A stretch of 64,000 nt of DNA from Octopus sinensis (taxonomy: Eukaryota). Shown here one piece after another: positions 48,479 through 60,942 of this stretch (position 1 is its first letter; every line of letters starts with the position of its first letter). Made by a program: the position numbers and the translations under genes. The notes below the pieces were generated by a model. It was given only the letters and a program-made list of their open reading frames with translations, ran no database searches and had not been told where the DNA came from. The stretch is from contig NC_042998.1 in the NCBI RefSeq assembly GCF_006345805.1, positions 25,482,001 through 25,546,000 of the forward strand, in the 5' to 3' direction.

Positions 48479-49371
48479 CACCCGCATATGCGCACGCACA
48501 CACACACACAAATTTATTATGTGCCTCCATCAGAAAGTTCCAGTCTACAGCAATTTATAAATACACTTCTTAGATATTTCACTTGATTTCTATTATCATT
48601 TCTACCATTTATTTGTATATCCTTTTTTTAAAAAAAACAGGTAAAGGTAACAGGAAAATCCTTTCTTTTAAGTAAATTCTCTCTAGCATGGTGTATAATT
48701 CTAACAAGCTCCTAATTATGAAAGAGGAAGATACAACCAAAAACCTACGATGTCAGTAAGCTTCGAGTTCAAAACAAATAGATCACAATCCTATCTTTGA
48801 ATTCTGTCTTTGAAATAATTCCTTATCAAAGAATGGTACTAATGTTCTCATATTTCCTTATTAAAGATGTTCATCTGATTAAGTTAATTGACTGAAAAGT
48901 CTTTTAATGCTGTGTATTTGCAATTTCTCTCCATTTATTTATTCTTTGTGTAGATAGATGTCGAAATACCGGCATCAATAAGAATCGGTGGAATAAAATG
49001 TTTATTTGAAACTCGATTGAATTACGACTGGCACAGCAATTAAAAAGAAATAACGAGCAGAAAACTAGTTGCCAATTGCTTTCTAATGGATTTATGTAAT
49101 CAATTCATCAATGAATACTTTGCAGTCTGAAACTGCACACAGGTATGAAAGACACACATGCATACACATATACATACGTACATACATACATACATACATA
49201 CATACATACATACATAGACATAGACATATACATACATACAAACATAGACATATACAAACATGCATATTCATATGTGTGTGTGTGTGCACTTGTGTGTGTG
49301 TATGTGTGTTGTGTGTGTGCAGGCTTGTGTGTGTGTGTGTGCATGTGTGCATATGCATATATGTATATGTG

Positions 49372-49409
<38 letters not shown>

Positions 49410-49418
49410 TATATATAT

Positions 49419-49830
49419 CATCATCATCATCATCATCATCATTTAGCGTCCGTTCTCCATGCTAGCATGGGTTGGACGGTTCAACTGGGGTCTGTGAAGC
49501 TGGAAGGCTTCATTAGGCCCAGTCAGATCTGTCAGTGTTTCTACGGCTGGATGCCCTTCCTAATGCCAACCACTCCGTGAGTGTAGTGGGTGCTTTTTAC
49601 GTGCCACCCGCACAGGTGCCAGACAGAGCTGGCAAACGACCATGAAACGGATGGTGCTTTTACGTGTCACCGGCATGGGGGCCAGGCAAGGCTGGCAATG
49701 GACACGAACGGATGGTGCTTTTACATGCCACCAACACGGGGGCCAGACAGAGCTGGCAAATGGCCACGAAACGGATGGTGCTTTTACATGTCACTGGCAC
49801 GGGGGCCAGGCGAGGCTGGCAACGGACACG
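49419..49830 (-). mobile_element. Family D (RTE 3' UTR) with ~4 internal repeats
   Basis: D motifs and (CAT)n. Confidence 0.8.
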
Positions 49831-51474
49831 ATATGTATATAATTATAATAATTATTTGAGGGAATATTATTCCTAACTTACAGGGAAAAAAATTCAATTT
49901 AGAAATACTAAATCAAATTTCACAAAATATATATATATAAAAATTAGAAAAAAAACACTTTTTATCAATTCAAAATGAACAATTAAATTACACCATCTAG
50001 AAAATTACATATAATAGAAATATTAAAAATAAAATAATAATAATATACCAATGATTAAGTAAATTGCAAAATAATAATAAAAACATATATATTTGGTAAA
50101 ATATATATATATATATACATACACATATGTATAAATATCTACACAACACACATATATACATACACCCACATATATATAAACACACACATACACACACACA
50201 CACACTCACACATATATAATTGGAAAAGGTGGAATCAACAAGGAGTACGGTTGGACATTTATTATTTTCAATCACTACAATTGTTTCTATGCAATGTAGT
50301 TCTCCAGGCTTACTTGGTTATGTAACCATTTCTTTACATTATGAGATCTAGTTGTGTTTCTTCAGGTGAGATATAAATATCATCTCTGTAAATTCAAATT
50401 CTCAGCTTCAAGAGCATCCTGCTGTCATGGCCTGGAGTTAGTAGCAGCCCCCGAGTGTATCAAGAGATGAGTTGTGACTGAAGGTCCATTGGCAAATTGC
50501 TTTGAATGTGTGGAAGTGATGAGATGGTGATTTTGTTACTGTCAAAGTGATTGTTGGGAAATCTGAAGGTAGATGAGCTTTATACTGTATTCTTGCTAGT
50601 TGACTATATTATTACTTTATAAAAATTTGTGTTCCCTTTCAGCATTGTGAAAATTATTATTAGTGTTTTTTGGTAATATGTTTGACACAGTTTTGCTTCT
50701 GTGTTTCTGTTGTTGTTTTTTCTGTTTGCTTTCCTTTTCCAGAAATGAAAAAATATATAAGTTACATAAAAAGCTCAAAAAAAAAAAAAAAAAAGCACTT
50801 TTTTCCCAACAAACCAAGAACTTGTACCTGGTAGAAAACAGCATATATCCACAACCCTGACACGATAGCATCATCAATAATTACACCAAGGCCAGGCCAC
50901 AATTCTTCCCCTATTCCGTGGATTGATGATTGAGTTGATAGAGTCCGCATTCGGTCTGCTTAACCAAATTAAGATTTGAGAAAAGGCTATTATCAAGTTT
51001 CTTTAACCGAGCATACTAAATCTCTCATGTGTGTGTATGTATGTGTGTATATATGTCAGTATATAGAACATGTATAGGGAGACTAATATGTGATACATGT
51101 GCATATTCTCACACACTCACACACAAAGTTCCACATCCACACAGAATTTTTATTCTATTTAAAGCTTCATGGAACCATTACTTTGAGTTTCCTGTAAAAT
51201 GTTTAACTTATTTTTCAGTACTAATAAATAATGAAATTATTATTATTATTATTATTATTATGAGACTAAAATGGTGATATTGTCTAGTCCAAAAAAACTT
51301 TAGAACCAAAATATAACCTGTGTCTATATAAATAAATAAATAAGGAATGGTTGTAAAAATAATGAAAGCAAGATAATTCTGTGAAGTGATCTTAAATTAT
51401 CTTCAAGATAGATTCTTTACTGTATTCTAGCTAACAACTCTACACGCACACCCACAGACATAATTTCCCACATA

Positions 51475-51815
51475 TCATCATCATCATCACCATCATCATC
51501 GTTTAACATATGCTTTCCATGCTAGCATAGGTTGGACGGTTCAACTGGGGTCTGGGAAGCCCGAAGGCTGCACCAGGCCAGTCAGATCTGGCAGTGTTTC
51601 TACAGCTGGATGCCCTTCCTAATACCAACCACTCCATGAGTGTAGTGGGTGCTTTTTATGTGCCACCTATACTGGTGCCAGACGAGGCTGGCGAACGGCC
51701 ACGCTCGGATGGTGCTTTTTACATGCCACCGGCACGGAGGCCAGGCAAGGCTGGCAACGGCTACAATCGGATGGTGTTTGTTACGTGCCACCAGCACGGA
51801 AGCCAGTCGATACGG
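51475..51815 (-). mobile_element. Family D (RTE 3' UTR)
   Basis: D motifs and (CAT)n. Confidence 0.8.
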
Positions 51816-52323
51816 TGTAGTATATATACATATAAGCAAAAACATTCGAAATAAGATGTTACTACTGTTAATACCATCTATTGCAATTATTTTTAATTGA
51901 TAATATTAACAGCAGTAATATAGGCGGTTCACAGGTTTAATATCATTATAAGCTATAAAATTCAGAATTAGCATGAAGGCATTAGGATGCAGTTAGCATC
52001 AACCTATTTAGAAATGAGAGCTAAAGTCTCAATTTAACTGCCAGAAGCCACCAAAATAATAGCAAATAACAGTATGTGAGGAAATGGACAAAGAATTAAA
52101 AAGGCATACCTATAAAGATTATGCCGTTCAAATGCTCATATACCATGGTTTTGGGTGTTGGCCTGAAACCATGGTATGAGTTATTGGGATAACGATTCTA
52201 AATCTGCCACATTATAAATCCATTAATCCATTGGTGTTCTGGCTTGTTTTGCACCAAAAACCAGTAACATGTGGTGCAAAATATTTATGAGCACATATAT
52301 ATACACATACATACATACATACA

Positions 52324-52391
<68 letters not shown>

Positions 52392-52395
<4 letters not shown>

Positions 52396-52527
52396 AGAAT
52401 TTTTGCGTAATAAGATTTAAAAAAACCAAGGCTGTATAGATATTAGCTGTAAGACCTTCTATCTATAAATGCTCTAATATCTATACAGCCTTGGTTTTTT
52501 TATCGTATTATGCAAAAATTCTTATAT
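52392..52527. repeat. ~55-bp inverted repeat in a copy of the 22.5-kb Penelope-type terminus
   Basis: AAAAAAACCAAGGCTGTATAGATATTAG / CTAATATCTATACAGCCTTGGTTTTTTT; the loop contains CTGTAAGACCTTCTAT, also found at 22553. Confidence 0.85.
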
Positions 52528-52679
52528 ACACATGCTGACATAGAACCAATGTTGAACCCTTTATTCGTAATATTACCGAATCTGGAACTTAACTATGGTC
52601 TGTCTATAGCACTTATTCAGCATTACCTGACACCTTTGGGTCTCAATGACACCATTATCTCTTATACACACACACACAT

Positions 52680-52710
<31 letters not shown>

Positions 52711-52849
52711 GATACACATATGTAGTGGTCTTTTGACAAGGCATGAAATGAAGAACAGTCACCAAGTAATAGCACACAAAAGAATGGAGCAAGGAAATTT
52801 TGTTGAAGCAAGTGAGTAAATGAAAGTAACACTTGACTCATTTAATTGG

Positions 52850-53135
52850 AATGGCAATCATTTCATTCATTCATCCGTTCTCTCCACTGGCAATCATTTC
52901 ATTCATTCATCCGTTCTCTCCACCTGATATTCCTGGGAGGGTTATCAGTTTAGAGAACTCAAACCCCTTCTCCATATCAGAAGCAACCATCATTACACTT
53001 TCCAACTGGATTCTCAAGAAAGACGATCTGAAACTATGGATATTATTTAACCATCTAATCCTTGGTCTATCCGCAGGTCTCCAATCAGTTGACTCAGCTT
53101 TTTATTTAAATACTTGCAATTTGCCTGAAGGTATC
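52850..53135 (-). mobile_element. LINE 3' fragment with (GAAT)n tail, tail region tandemly duplicated
   Basis: RPADRPRIRWLNNI; GCAATCATTTCATTCATTCATCCGTTCTCTCCAC occurs twice. Confidence 0.45.
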
Positions 53136-53202
53136 TAAATAACAAGTGAATCAGCTCTACATGCAGAAATGAGCCAGTGTTTTATAATATGTATGCACAT
53201 AT

Positions 53203-53590
53203 CAATGCTATAAAAGGTTGGCTCATATGCATGCTGTAAAAGGCTGGTGCATATATGCAATAAAAGGCTGGCACATACATGCAATAAAAGGCTGGCTCAT
53301 ATGCATGTTATAAAAGGCTGGCTCAATTGCATGCTATAAAAGGCTAGCTCATACATGCTATATAAGGTTGGCTCATATGCATGCTGCAAAAGGCTGGCTC
53401 ATATGCATGTTGTAAAAGGTTGGCTCAACTGCATGCAATAAAAGGCTGGCTCATATGCATGCAATAAAAGGCTGGCTGATGCATGCAATAAAAGGTTGGC
53501 TCAATTGCATGCTATAAAAGGTTGGCTCATATGCATGTTATAAAAGGCTGGCTCATGCATGCAATAAAAGGTTGGCTCAATTGTATGCCT
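53203..53590. repeat. ~26-bp minisatellite, 15 copies
   Basis: Consensus ATGCATGC(A/T)ATAAAAGG(C/T)TGGCTCAT. Confidence 0.95.
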
Positions 53591-53749
53591 GTATTTATAC
53601 ATGTATTACAAAGCCTACAAACTCCTATGAATAGCCTCAAAAATCTTAGATGAACTTATCCTTATTATTACTGACCCACGTATTTCTGTTTTCATCTCAG
53701 AACATGTTTTCAATTCATCAAATATATCAGTAGAGTTTGATAAGAATTG

Positions 53750-53995
53750 AAGGTATGTGGCCTAGTGGTTAGGCTGTTGCACTCATGATCACTAGATCAT
53801 AGGTTCATTCCTGGACTGAGTGTGCATTGTGTTCTTGAGCAAAACACTTCATTTCCCTTCGATCAGCCAGGAATTGTTGTTGTGCTAGCCTAGCCAGCAG
53901 GGTGGCATCATTTGAAGGCTAAAACAATGCAAAAGCACATTGTGACCAGTGATGTGTAACGTCTGATAGTCTGGTCGGTCACATGATCATGTGAT
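53750..53995 (+). mobile_element. SINE family E
   Basis: TGGCCTAGTGGTTAGG..GTTGCACTCATGATC..GGTTCATTCCTGG; CTTGAGCAAAACACTTCATTTC. Confidence 0.75.
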
Positions 53996-56921
53996 AATAA
54001 AAATAGTCAGAATTTGCAACTTCCCGATTAGTGTAAGATAATGGTGTGGCCTAGCACTGATTCTTTTTAATTCATGCTAACACACTGTTTACATCTCTAC
54101 ACAATATACAGCTTCATTCACAGATTACCTAAAATTAATTTTGAGGATCTGATCAAAGACTTTGCAATTCAAAAAAGGAAGAAGAAACTTTGCAAATAGA
54201 AATAAAGTGGAAGTATACAAAATATAAACATTATTTTCTCTCTTATTGTTTTGTTTCGTTTTGAAAAATAAAAATTTATTTTATGGTTTGTTATTGTTTA
54301 TATTCTGAATTATATAATCTTTTATGGGGTGGGGGCACCAAAATCTTTCAAGTTCTTAGAGCCTTGGTGGGTCTTAATCCAGCCCTGATTGTAGGCCCCC
54401 ATGCAAATCAATGCACTGGATCCTTTAGAATATTTTTTATTGGTAGCAGACCAAAGCATACATAGATAAGGATTGAACCTTTAGACTTGCGAGGCCTGAA
54501 GGCAACTGCCTAGTGAACTATGCCTTAAGACAGCACAGCACAGATCCTATCCAGAGATCACCTTGACCAGAAACTAAAATACTTAGAATGAAAGATCTTA
54601 TGAACATACACTTTGTTATTACAGCCCTGATAATACCTGCCCCCACATTTACAATGACCCCGATCACTAAGACACATTTACGACATTCATGAACATTGAC
54701 CATTAAATTTACCTTTCTTTTCCATGAATATAATAATTGACTGATAGTTACTGTTATAATATGGCTTGGGCAAATCTCCAGTTTTATTCTGATCACCAAA
54801 TACCACTTTTTTTGTTGTTTTTACTTTGACTTTATTTGTAACAACTACTTTGATATGTTAGAATCAAAGTGGTATGTTATGTGATTATATGCACACAGGT
54901 AATCTTTGTACACTTTAACATTTAGTTACAAATCTTCTCATATTTCTTCAAATTATCTTAAGTATAGGTCTTGTATATTTTCCATGAGAATGCATCAAAT
55001 ATTTTAAAATTATCTACATGGGTATACAAATGTTAGCCATAAATACTAGAAAATAGAAACAGTTAAGAATATATCTTATGACCTCTGATATCAAGCTTGA
55101 GTGTGTAATCCTCATGATACTTCTACAAGGCAATACGTTATTCTGAACCAATCCTACACAATAAAGGGTTGATTATGCTCAATGGTATTAAGAAAAGATA
55201 AAAGCATATTAAAATAAAATACTAGAATCCAGAGAAACTGGTGTAATCTGTGTCAGCAAACATAGGTTCACCAAAGTTCACAGGAAAGAGAATTCTAACA
55301 TTTTAGGCAGGGCTTTTCATTGAAGAAGAAATGATAAGAATGTTTAAGGTTAGATTTCCTTAAACACACTTTTCTACAAGATACATCCTGTCTTTATCAC
55401 AATAAAAGAAATAAAAGAAATAGTATGTGTAAAAATACTAGGATATATGAACTCACATATGTAAAAACTATAACAAAAAGAAGAAAACCTATGAAATTCT
55501 GTAATGCAAATAAATTTATCATAAACAATACAAATGTCAAGATTTTCAGAATCCAGTCTGCCAACATGAGTCATGTAGAGCTGAGAAAATAACTTATTTT
55601 GATACTAACAAAGAGAAGAGACAGACAAATGATTTTGCATAACACAAGACGATATTATTTCACTGTTGAGATTGAGAAATATTTTGCAGAAACAGAAGCA
55701 TGTCCTCTTGGATTATTCTAACTGATTAATTTATCCACCAACTTAATTTGTATAAATTTAGCAGCATAAATTGAATAAAAAAAGACAATCCATCCAATGG
55801 ATTATCACACAGGAATTACAACCGTGTTTCGTGGTCAGCTCAAGACATCATCAGGAGGAACCACATCCGGTTTCGGCCCCTACTCCTCTGCCGTTTTGAC
55901 GTGGCGGGGCCCCATCTTTCGGGTGTCTTCAGCTCTAGTGTTGGGTGCATGTCTTCTTTCTTCTTCTTTCTTCTGTTCCCTGGCCTCTTCGATGTATCAT
56001 CAGCGAGTGTCAGCTGGTGACTGACTGACTTGTCAAATTTTTCCCTTTAAATACTTGCTGCTAGGCTCCAGCAGGCAGCCCCAACAAGTTGTCACATTAC
56101 ACTGTCTCAACTTTAACTGACCAATGAAGGTGCATAGTCTATCAATCCAATTTCACTTACAAGACTTAAGCTGACCCAATATTTTGGTAACAAAGAAGAA
56201 AAGAGCACCCAAAGTGCTAGGGATGGAACTAGCAATCTTCATGTGTCCATCACTGACATTACAGATGTTATTAACTATGCTCTAAAGATTTCCACTGCAT
56301 CTTTTTGTATGCATCTTTGATATTGTTAAATCTTCCACAGAATTACATTAATATTTCTCAGTAAACTAAGCAGTGAGCTGGCAGAATTATTAACATGCTG
56401 GGCAAAACGCTCAGCAGTTTTTCACCTGCCAAATTGGGAAAAAATCCTGAATATGAACCTGATCTCAGAATGCTGAACTTCATAGAGGAGATGAGGTGCG
56501 ACAATAAGTTGAGAGATGCTGTACCAGAGAAGACACATCCAATCCATACAAAATAAAGATTAAGTGATATGCAAAAATACCTTGAAGGAATAGCAAAGAG
56601 GAGGTAATTGGAAACTATATTTTGTAGATTTTTGCTTGCTAAGAAGCTCTGGGCCATTAACTGGATTCTTCAAAATACTGTTTTTTTACTCTTTCCAAAA
56701 ACAACGTCACACATAATATATTACTGTCAAATGAGGAAAATGAGAGCTCAACACCACATTGGTGGATATAATTTCCTTATTTGGGAATTAAGGCTACCAT
56801 TGGTTTCATGTTAAGAAAACATCTAGTATCTTAACAAATTTTCAAGCCGATCATATGGAGAAAGCTGTTAACCTCCATTTTGGAAAACACAGTCTTATTT
56901 TATATATATATATATAAATTC

Positions 56922-57176
56922 AAATAATAAGGGTTAAAAATTTATCAATTTAAACCAGTGGCCTAACATATTGAAAAAATCTGAAGATTCAGAAAAATTA
57001 TATTACATACATATAAGAGGGATGACCACTAGGTGGACATCCAATATGTTAAATGTAGACCCTATATGGTCTGACCACTAAGAAAAAATTGTTCTCAAGA
57101 AAATTCATTTTCCTTAGTGGTCAACCATATGGGGTCTACATTTAACATATTGGATGTCCACCTAGTGGTCATCCCT

Positions 57177-57184
<8 letters not shown>
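56922..57184. mobile_element. Penelope-type fragment ending in a ~75-bp fold-back (57012-57086 / 57108-57184)
   Basis: Arms nearly identical; body homologous to 60935-61060 and 45797-45935; (TA)n on both sides. Confidence 0.7.
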
Positions 57185-57227
<43 letters not shown>

Positions 57228-57654
57228 TATCTCCTGTTGAAGACAATACACTGGGGTCGATGTAATGGACTTAATCCCTTTGTCCTTGTTTGTCCCCTCT
57301 ATGTTTAGCCCCTTGTGGACAGTAAAGAAATAAGAATAAGTACTAGGCTTACAAAGAATAAGTCTTGGGATTGATGTGCACGACTAAATGCGGTGCTCCA
57401 GCATGGCCACAGTCAAATGACTGAAACAAGTAAAACAGTTAAAAGAGTAAAGAGTAAGTATTCAAATTATAATGTAGATGCAATTTTGCCTGCTAGCAAA
57501 GCCTTCCCACTTCTACTTTAGATAGACCAGAAGAAAATATAGAAATATATGTGTTTAATCAGATCTTGCCTTATAGATTCTGAATAAGCTGTAAGTAGGA
57601 AGTAAAGTTCCAGTGAGCTTACATAAAAATCTACCCATTTTAAAAATTTTATGT

Positions 57655-57898
57655 TATCGCTGGTGGCACATAAAAGGCACCGACCGTTCATGGCCGTTGC
57701 CAGTACCGCCTGACTGGCCCCTGTGCCAGTGGAACATAAAAGAGCACTCACTATACTCACAGAGTGGTTGGCATTAGGAAGGGCATCCAGCTGTAGAAAC
57801 ATTGCCAGATCAGACTGGGCCTAGTGCAGCCTCCTGGCTTCCCAGACCCCGGTCGAACCATCCAACCCATGCTAGCATGGAAAGTGGACGTTAAACGA

Positions 57899-57932
<34 letters not shown>

Positions 57933-58088
57933 GGTGGTGGTAGTGGTGGTGGTGGTGGTGGGTGGTGGTGGTGGTGTTGGTGGTGATGTTGATGATGATG
58001 TGAATGATGATGGTGATGATGGTGTGGATGATGATGGGGATGATGATGGTGATGATGATGGCGGTGATGATGATGGCAGTGATGATGA

Positions 58089-58122
<34 letters not shown>

Positions 58123-58295
58123 GGTGGTGGTGGTAGTGGTGGTGGTGGTGGTGGTGGTGGTGGTGGTGGTGGTGGTGGTGGTGTTGGTGGTGATGTTGAT
58201 GATGATGTGAATGATGATGGTGATGATGGTGTGGATGATGATGGGGATGATGATGGTGATGATGATGGCGGTGATGATGATGGCAGTGATGATGA

Positions 58296-58327
<32 letters not shown>

Positions 58328-58330
58328 ATG
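57655..58330 (+). mobile_element. Family D with a (GAT/GGT)n tail containing a 207-bp tandem duplication
   Basis: GTTGGTGGTGATGTTGATGATGATGTGAAT starts at 57976 and again at 58183. Confidence 0.85.
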
Positions 58331-58793
58331 ATGTTCATTGTACCAGTTGTTTCTTCACTTCCATTGTTAAATTAATCAATATAAGTAAAAATGCTACAAT
58401 TCTGATTGCTAACAAATGTTACATTTTACGAGTCAGCTGAAAAATACCACCATGAAGTAACTACTGCAATGTCTATATATCCATTCTGTGTCACCATGAC
58501 ATTATATAATGAAAATACAAGCAAGAAGGACTATAACAGATGTAGGATTGTCAACAGATGCAGCAGATGCAACAAGAGAGAATATGACAAGGAAGAAAAA
58601 ATATTCTGCAACAAATATTATTTTTATTTTCCTGTAAGTTTCACCTAACTTATATTACATGACAATCGAAATGCAGATGGAAGTTTTCTTGCATTTTTCT
58701 TGAATTTTTCCTGAATTTCAAACACTTAGTCGAGATAACAAGCCTTGAGGAAGCATCTGTGCAGTCTTTATACCTGCTAGAAATATTATTATA

Positions 58794-58934
58794 TAAGGTT
58801 GTCCCAAAAGTTCGTAGAAAATCTTGGAAAATAATGGTCTTTATTTTGAGGAATAATTTTTGTTGTTTTTGTTAGTACTTGGCGAGTAAAAATTCAATTT
58901 TCGCAAGTGTTTACGAACTTTTGGGACAACCTAA
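58794..58934. mobile_element. ~140-bp mariner-type MITE
   Basis: AGGTTGTCCCAAAAGTTCGTA / TACGAACTTTTGGGACAACCT in a TA context. Confidence 0.85.
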
Positions 58935-58948
58935 TATATATATATATA

Positions 58949-59262
58949 TCACCGTGATCATCGTGACCAACCAGGCTATCAGATGTTGTTACACATCGCT
59001 GGTCACAATGCGCTTTGCATTGTTCTTGCCTTCAAATGATGCCACCCAGCTGGCTAAGCAAGCAGGCCAACAGAAGAAAGAGTGTGAGAAAGTTGTGGCG
59101 AAAGAGTACTGCAGTGATCGCCACCACCTCCTGCCGGAGTCTCGTAGACCTTTAGGTGTTTTCGCTCAATAAACACTCACACCGTCTGCGGTCTGGGAAT
59201 CGAAACCGCGATCCTACAACCGTGAGTCCGCTGCCCTAACCACTGGGCCATTGTGCCTCCAC
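58949..59262 (-). mobile_element. SINE family C (tail type 4, shared with family E)
   Basis: C head plus GGGTGGCATCATTTGAAGGC..GCGCATTGTGACCAGCGATGTGTAACAACATCTGATAGCCTGG. Confidence 0.8.
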
Positions 59263-59659
59263 ACACACACACACACACATACACACACACACATATATAT
59301 CTATATATATAAATACATATATATAATAAAGGGTAAAATTAATTAATTAAAATTAAAATTAAAATTATAATTTACTCCCTGATCGAAACTGCAGTTTTCT
59401 GTGGGATTGTTCATAACACACACATGTGGGTATAAAGGATAAATATGTATTCAAATTTGGTTTTATACTTTGGGGAGTGCAGTTGAATATCAGTTATGCG
59501 ATGCTGCTTGATCGCATACATATTTAATCCTAACACTCGCAAATCTATAACTTGAAGTACCACACTGAGGAGAAAAATAGGTAAATATAATATACTTTAA
59601 TTAATAGGTAAATATAATACACTTTAATTTTGAAATGCATCTGTGGTTAATCGAAGTCA

Positions 59660-60357
59660 TCACTTAACGTCCATTTTCCATGCTAGCATGGGTTGGATGG
59701 TTCGACCGGGGTCTGGGAAGCCAGGAGGCTGCACCAGGCTCCAGTCTGATCTGGCAGTGTTTCTACACCTGGATGCCCTTCCTAATGCCAACCACTCCAT
59801 GAGTGTAGTGGGTGCATCATTTTCCTTTTTGCCTACATAAAAATGTGTGTTATTGTCTCGGTGATCTTTATGGTAGTTGAAAAGATATTAGTGTCTATTT
59901 CTAATCCGGTACGTGGCGAAGCAATTTGCTGACCCCTGATTATAATTATGTATATAATTATAGAATATTTTGAGTGTATCCGAGCATGGTCGTTGCCAGA
60001 GCACCTAAGTGGCGTTCGTGCTGGTGGCACATAAAAAGCACCATTCAAGCATGATCGTCACCAGCGTCGCCTTACTGGCAGTTGTGCCGGTATGCAGGTG
60101 ACACGTAAAAAAAACCCCCACAATTTTCTGTGACTGCTGCCAGTACCGCCTGACTGGCCTTCATGCCGACGGCACATAAAAAGCACCCACTACACTCACA
60201 GAGTGGTTGGCATTAGGAAGGGCATCCAGCTGTAGAAACTCTGCCATATCAAGATTGGTGCCTGGTGCAGCCATCTGGTTCACCAGTCCTCAGTCAAATC
60301 ATCAAACCCATGCCAGCATGGAAAGCGAACGTGAAACGATGATGATGATGATGATGA
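59660..60357. mobile_element. Two divergent family D copies (minus 59660-59815, plus 59985-60357)
   Basis: D motifs on both strands. Confidence 0.75.
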
Positions 60358-60370
60358 TAATATATATCAT

Positions 60371-60769
60371 GGCACAGGAGTGGCTGTGTGGTAAGTAGCT
60401 TGTTTACCAACCACATGGTTCCGGGTTCAGTCCCACTGCATGGCACCTTGGGCAAGTGTCTTCTACTATAGCCTCGGGCCAACCAATGCCTTGTGAGTGG
60501 ATTTGGTAGACGGAAACTGAAAGAAGCCCGTCGTATATATGTATATGAATATATATGTGTGTGTGTGTTTGTGTTTGTCCCCCTAGCATTGCTTGACAAC
60601 CGATGCTGGTGTGTTTATGTCCCCGTTACTTAGCGGTTCGACAAAAGAGACTGATAGAATAAGTACTGGGCTTACAAAAGAATAAGTCCTGGGGTTGAGT
60701 TGCTCGATTAAAGGCGGTGCTCCAGCATGGCCGCAGTCAAATGACTGAAACAAGTAAAAGAGTAAAAGA
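60371..60769 (+). mobile_element. SINE family B, full length, low divergence
   Basis: Closest to the window's B consensus. Confidence 0.9.
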
Positions 60770-60786
60770 TATATATATATATATAT

Positions 60787-60909
60787 CATCATTATCATCA
60801 TTTAGCGTCCGTTTTCCATGCTAGCATGGGTTGGATGGTTCAACTGGGGTCTGTGAAGCCGGAAGGCTTCATCAGGCCCAGTCAGATCTGGCAGTGTTTC
60901 TACGGCTGG

Positions 60910-60910
<1 letters not shown>
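60787..60910 (-). mobile_element. Family D 3' tip
   Basis: D tail motifs. Confidence 0.75.

Positions 60911-60942
<32 letters not shown>

Noticed and set aside
54518-54799. 93-aa minus-strand ORF
   Set aside because: No recognisable domain or splice context; the length is attainable by chance.
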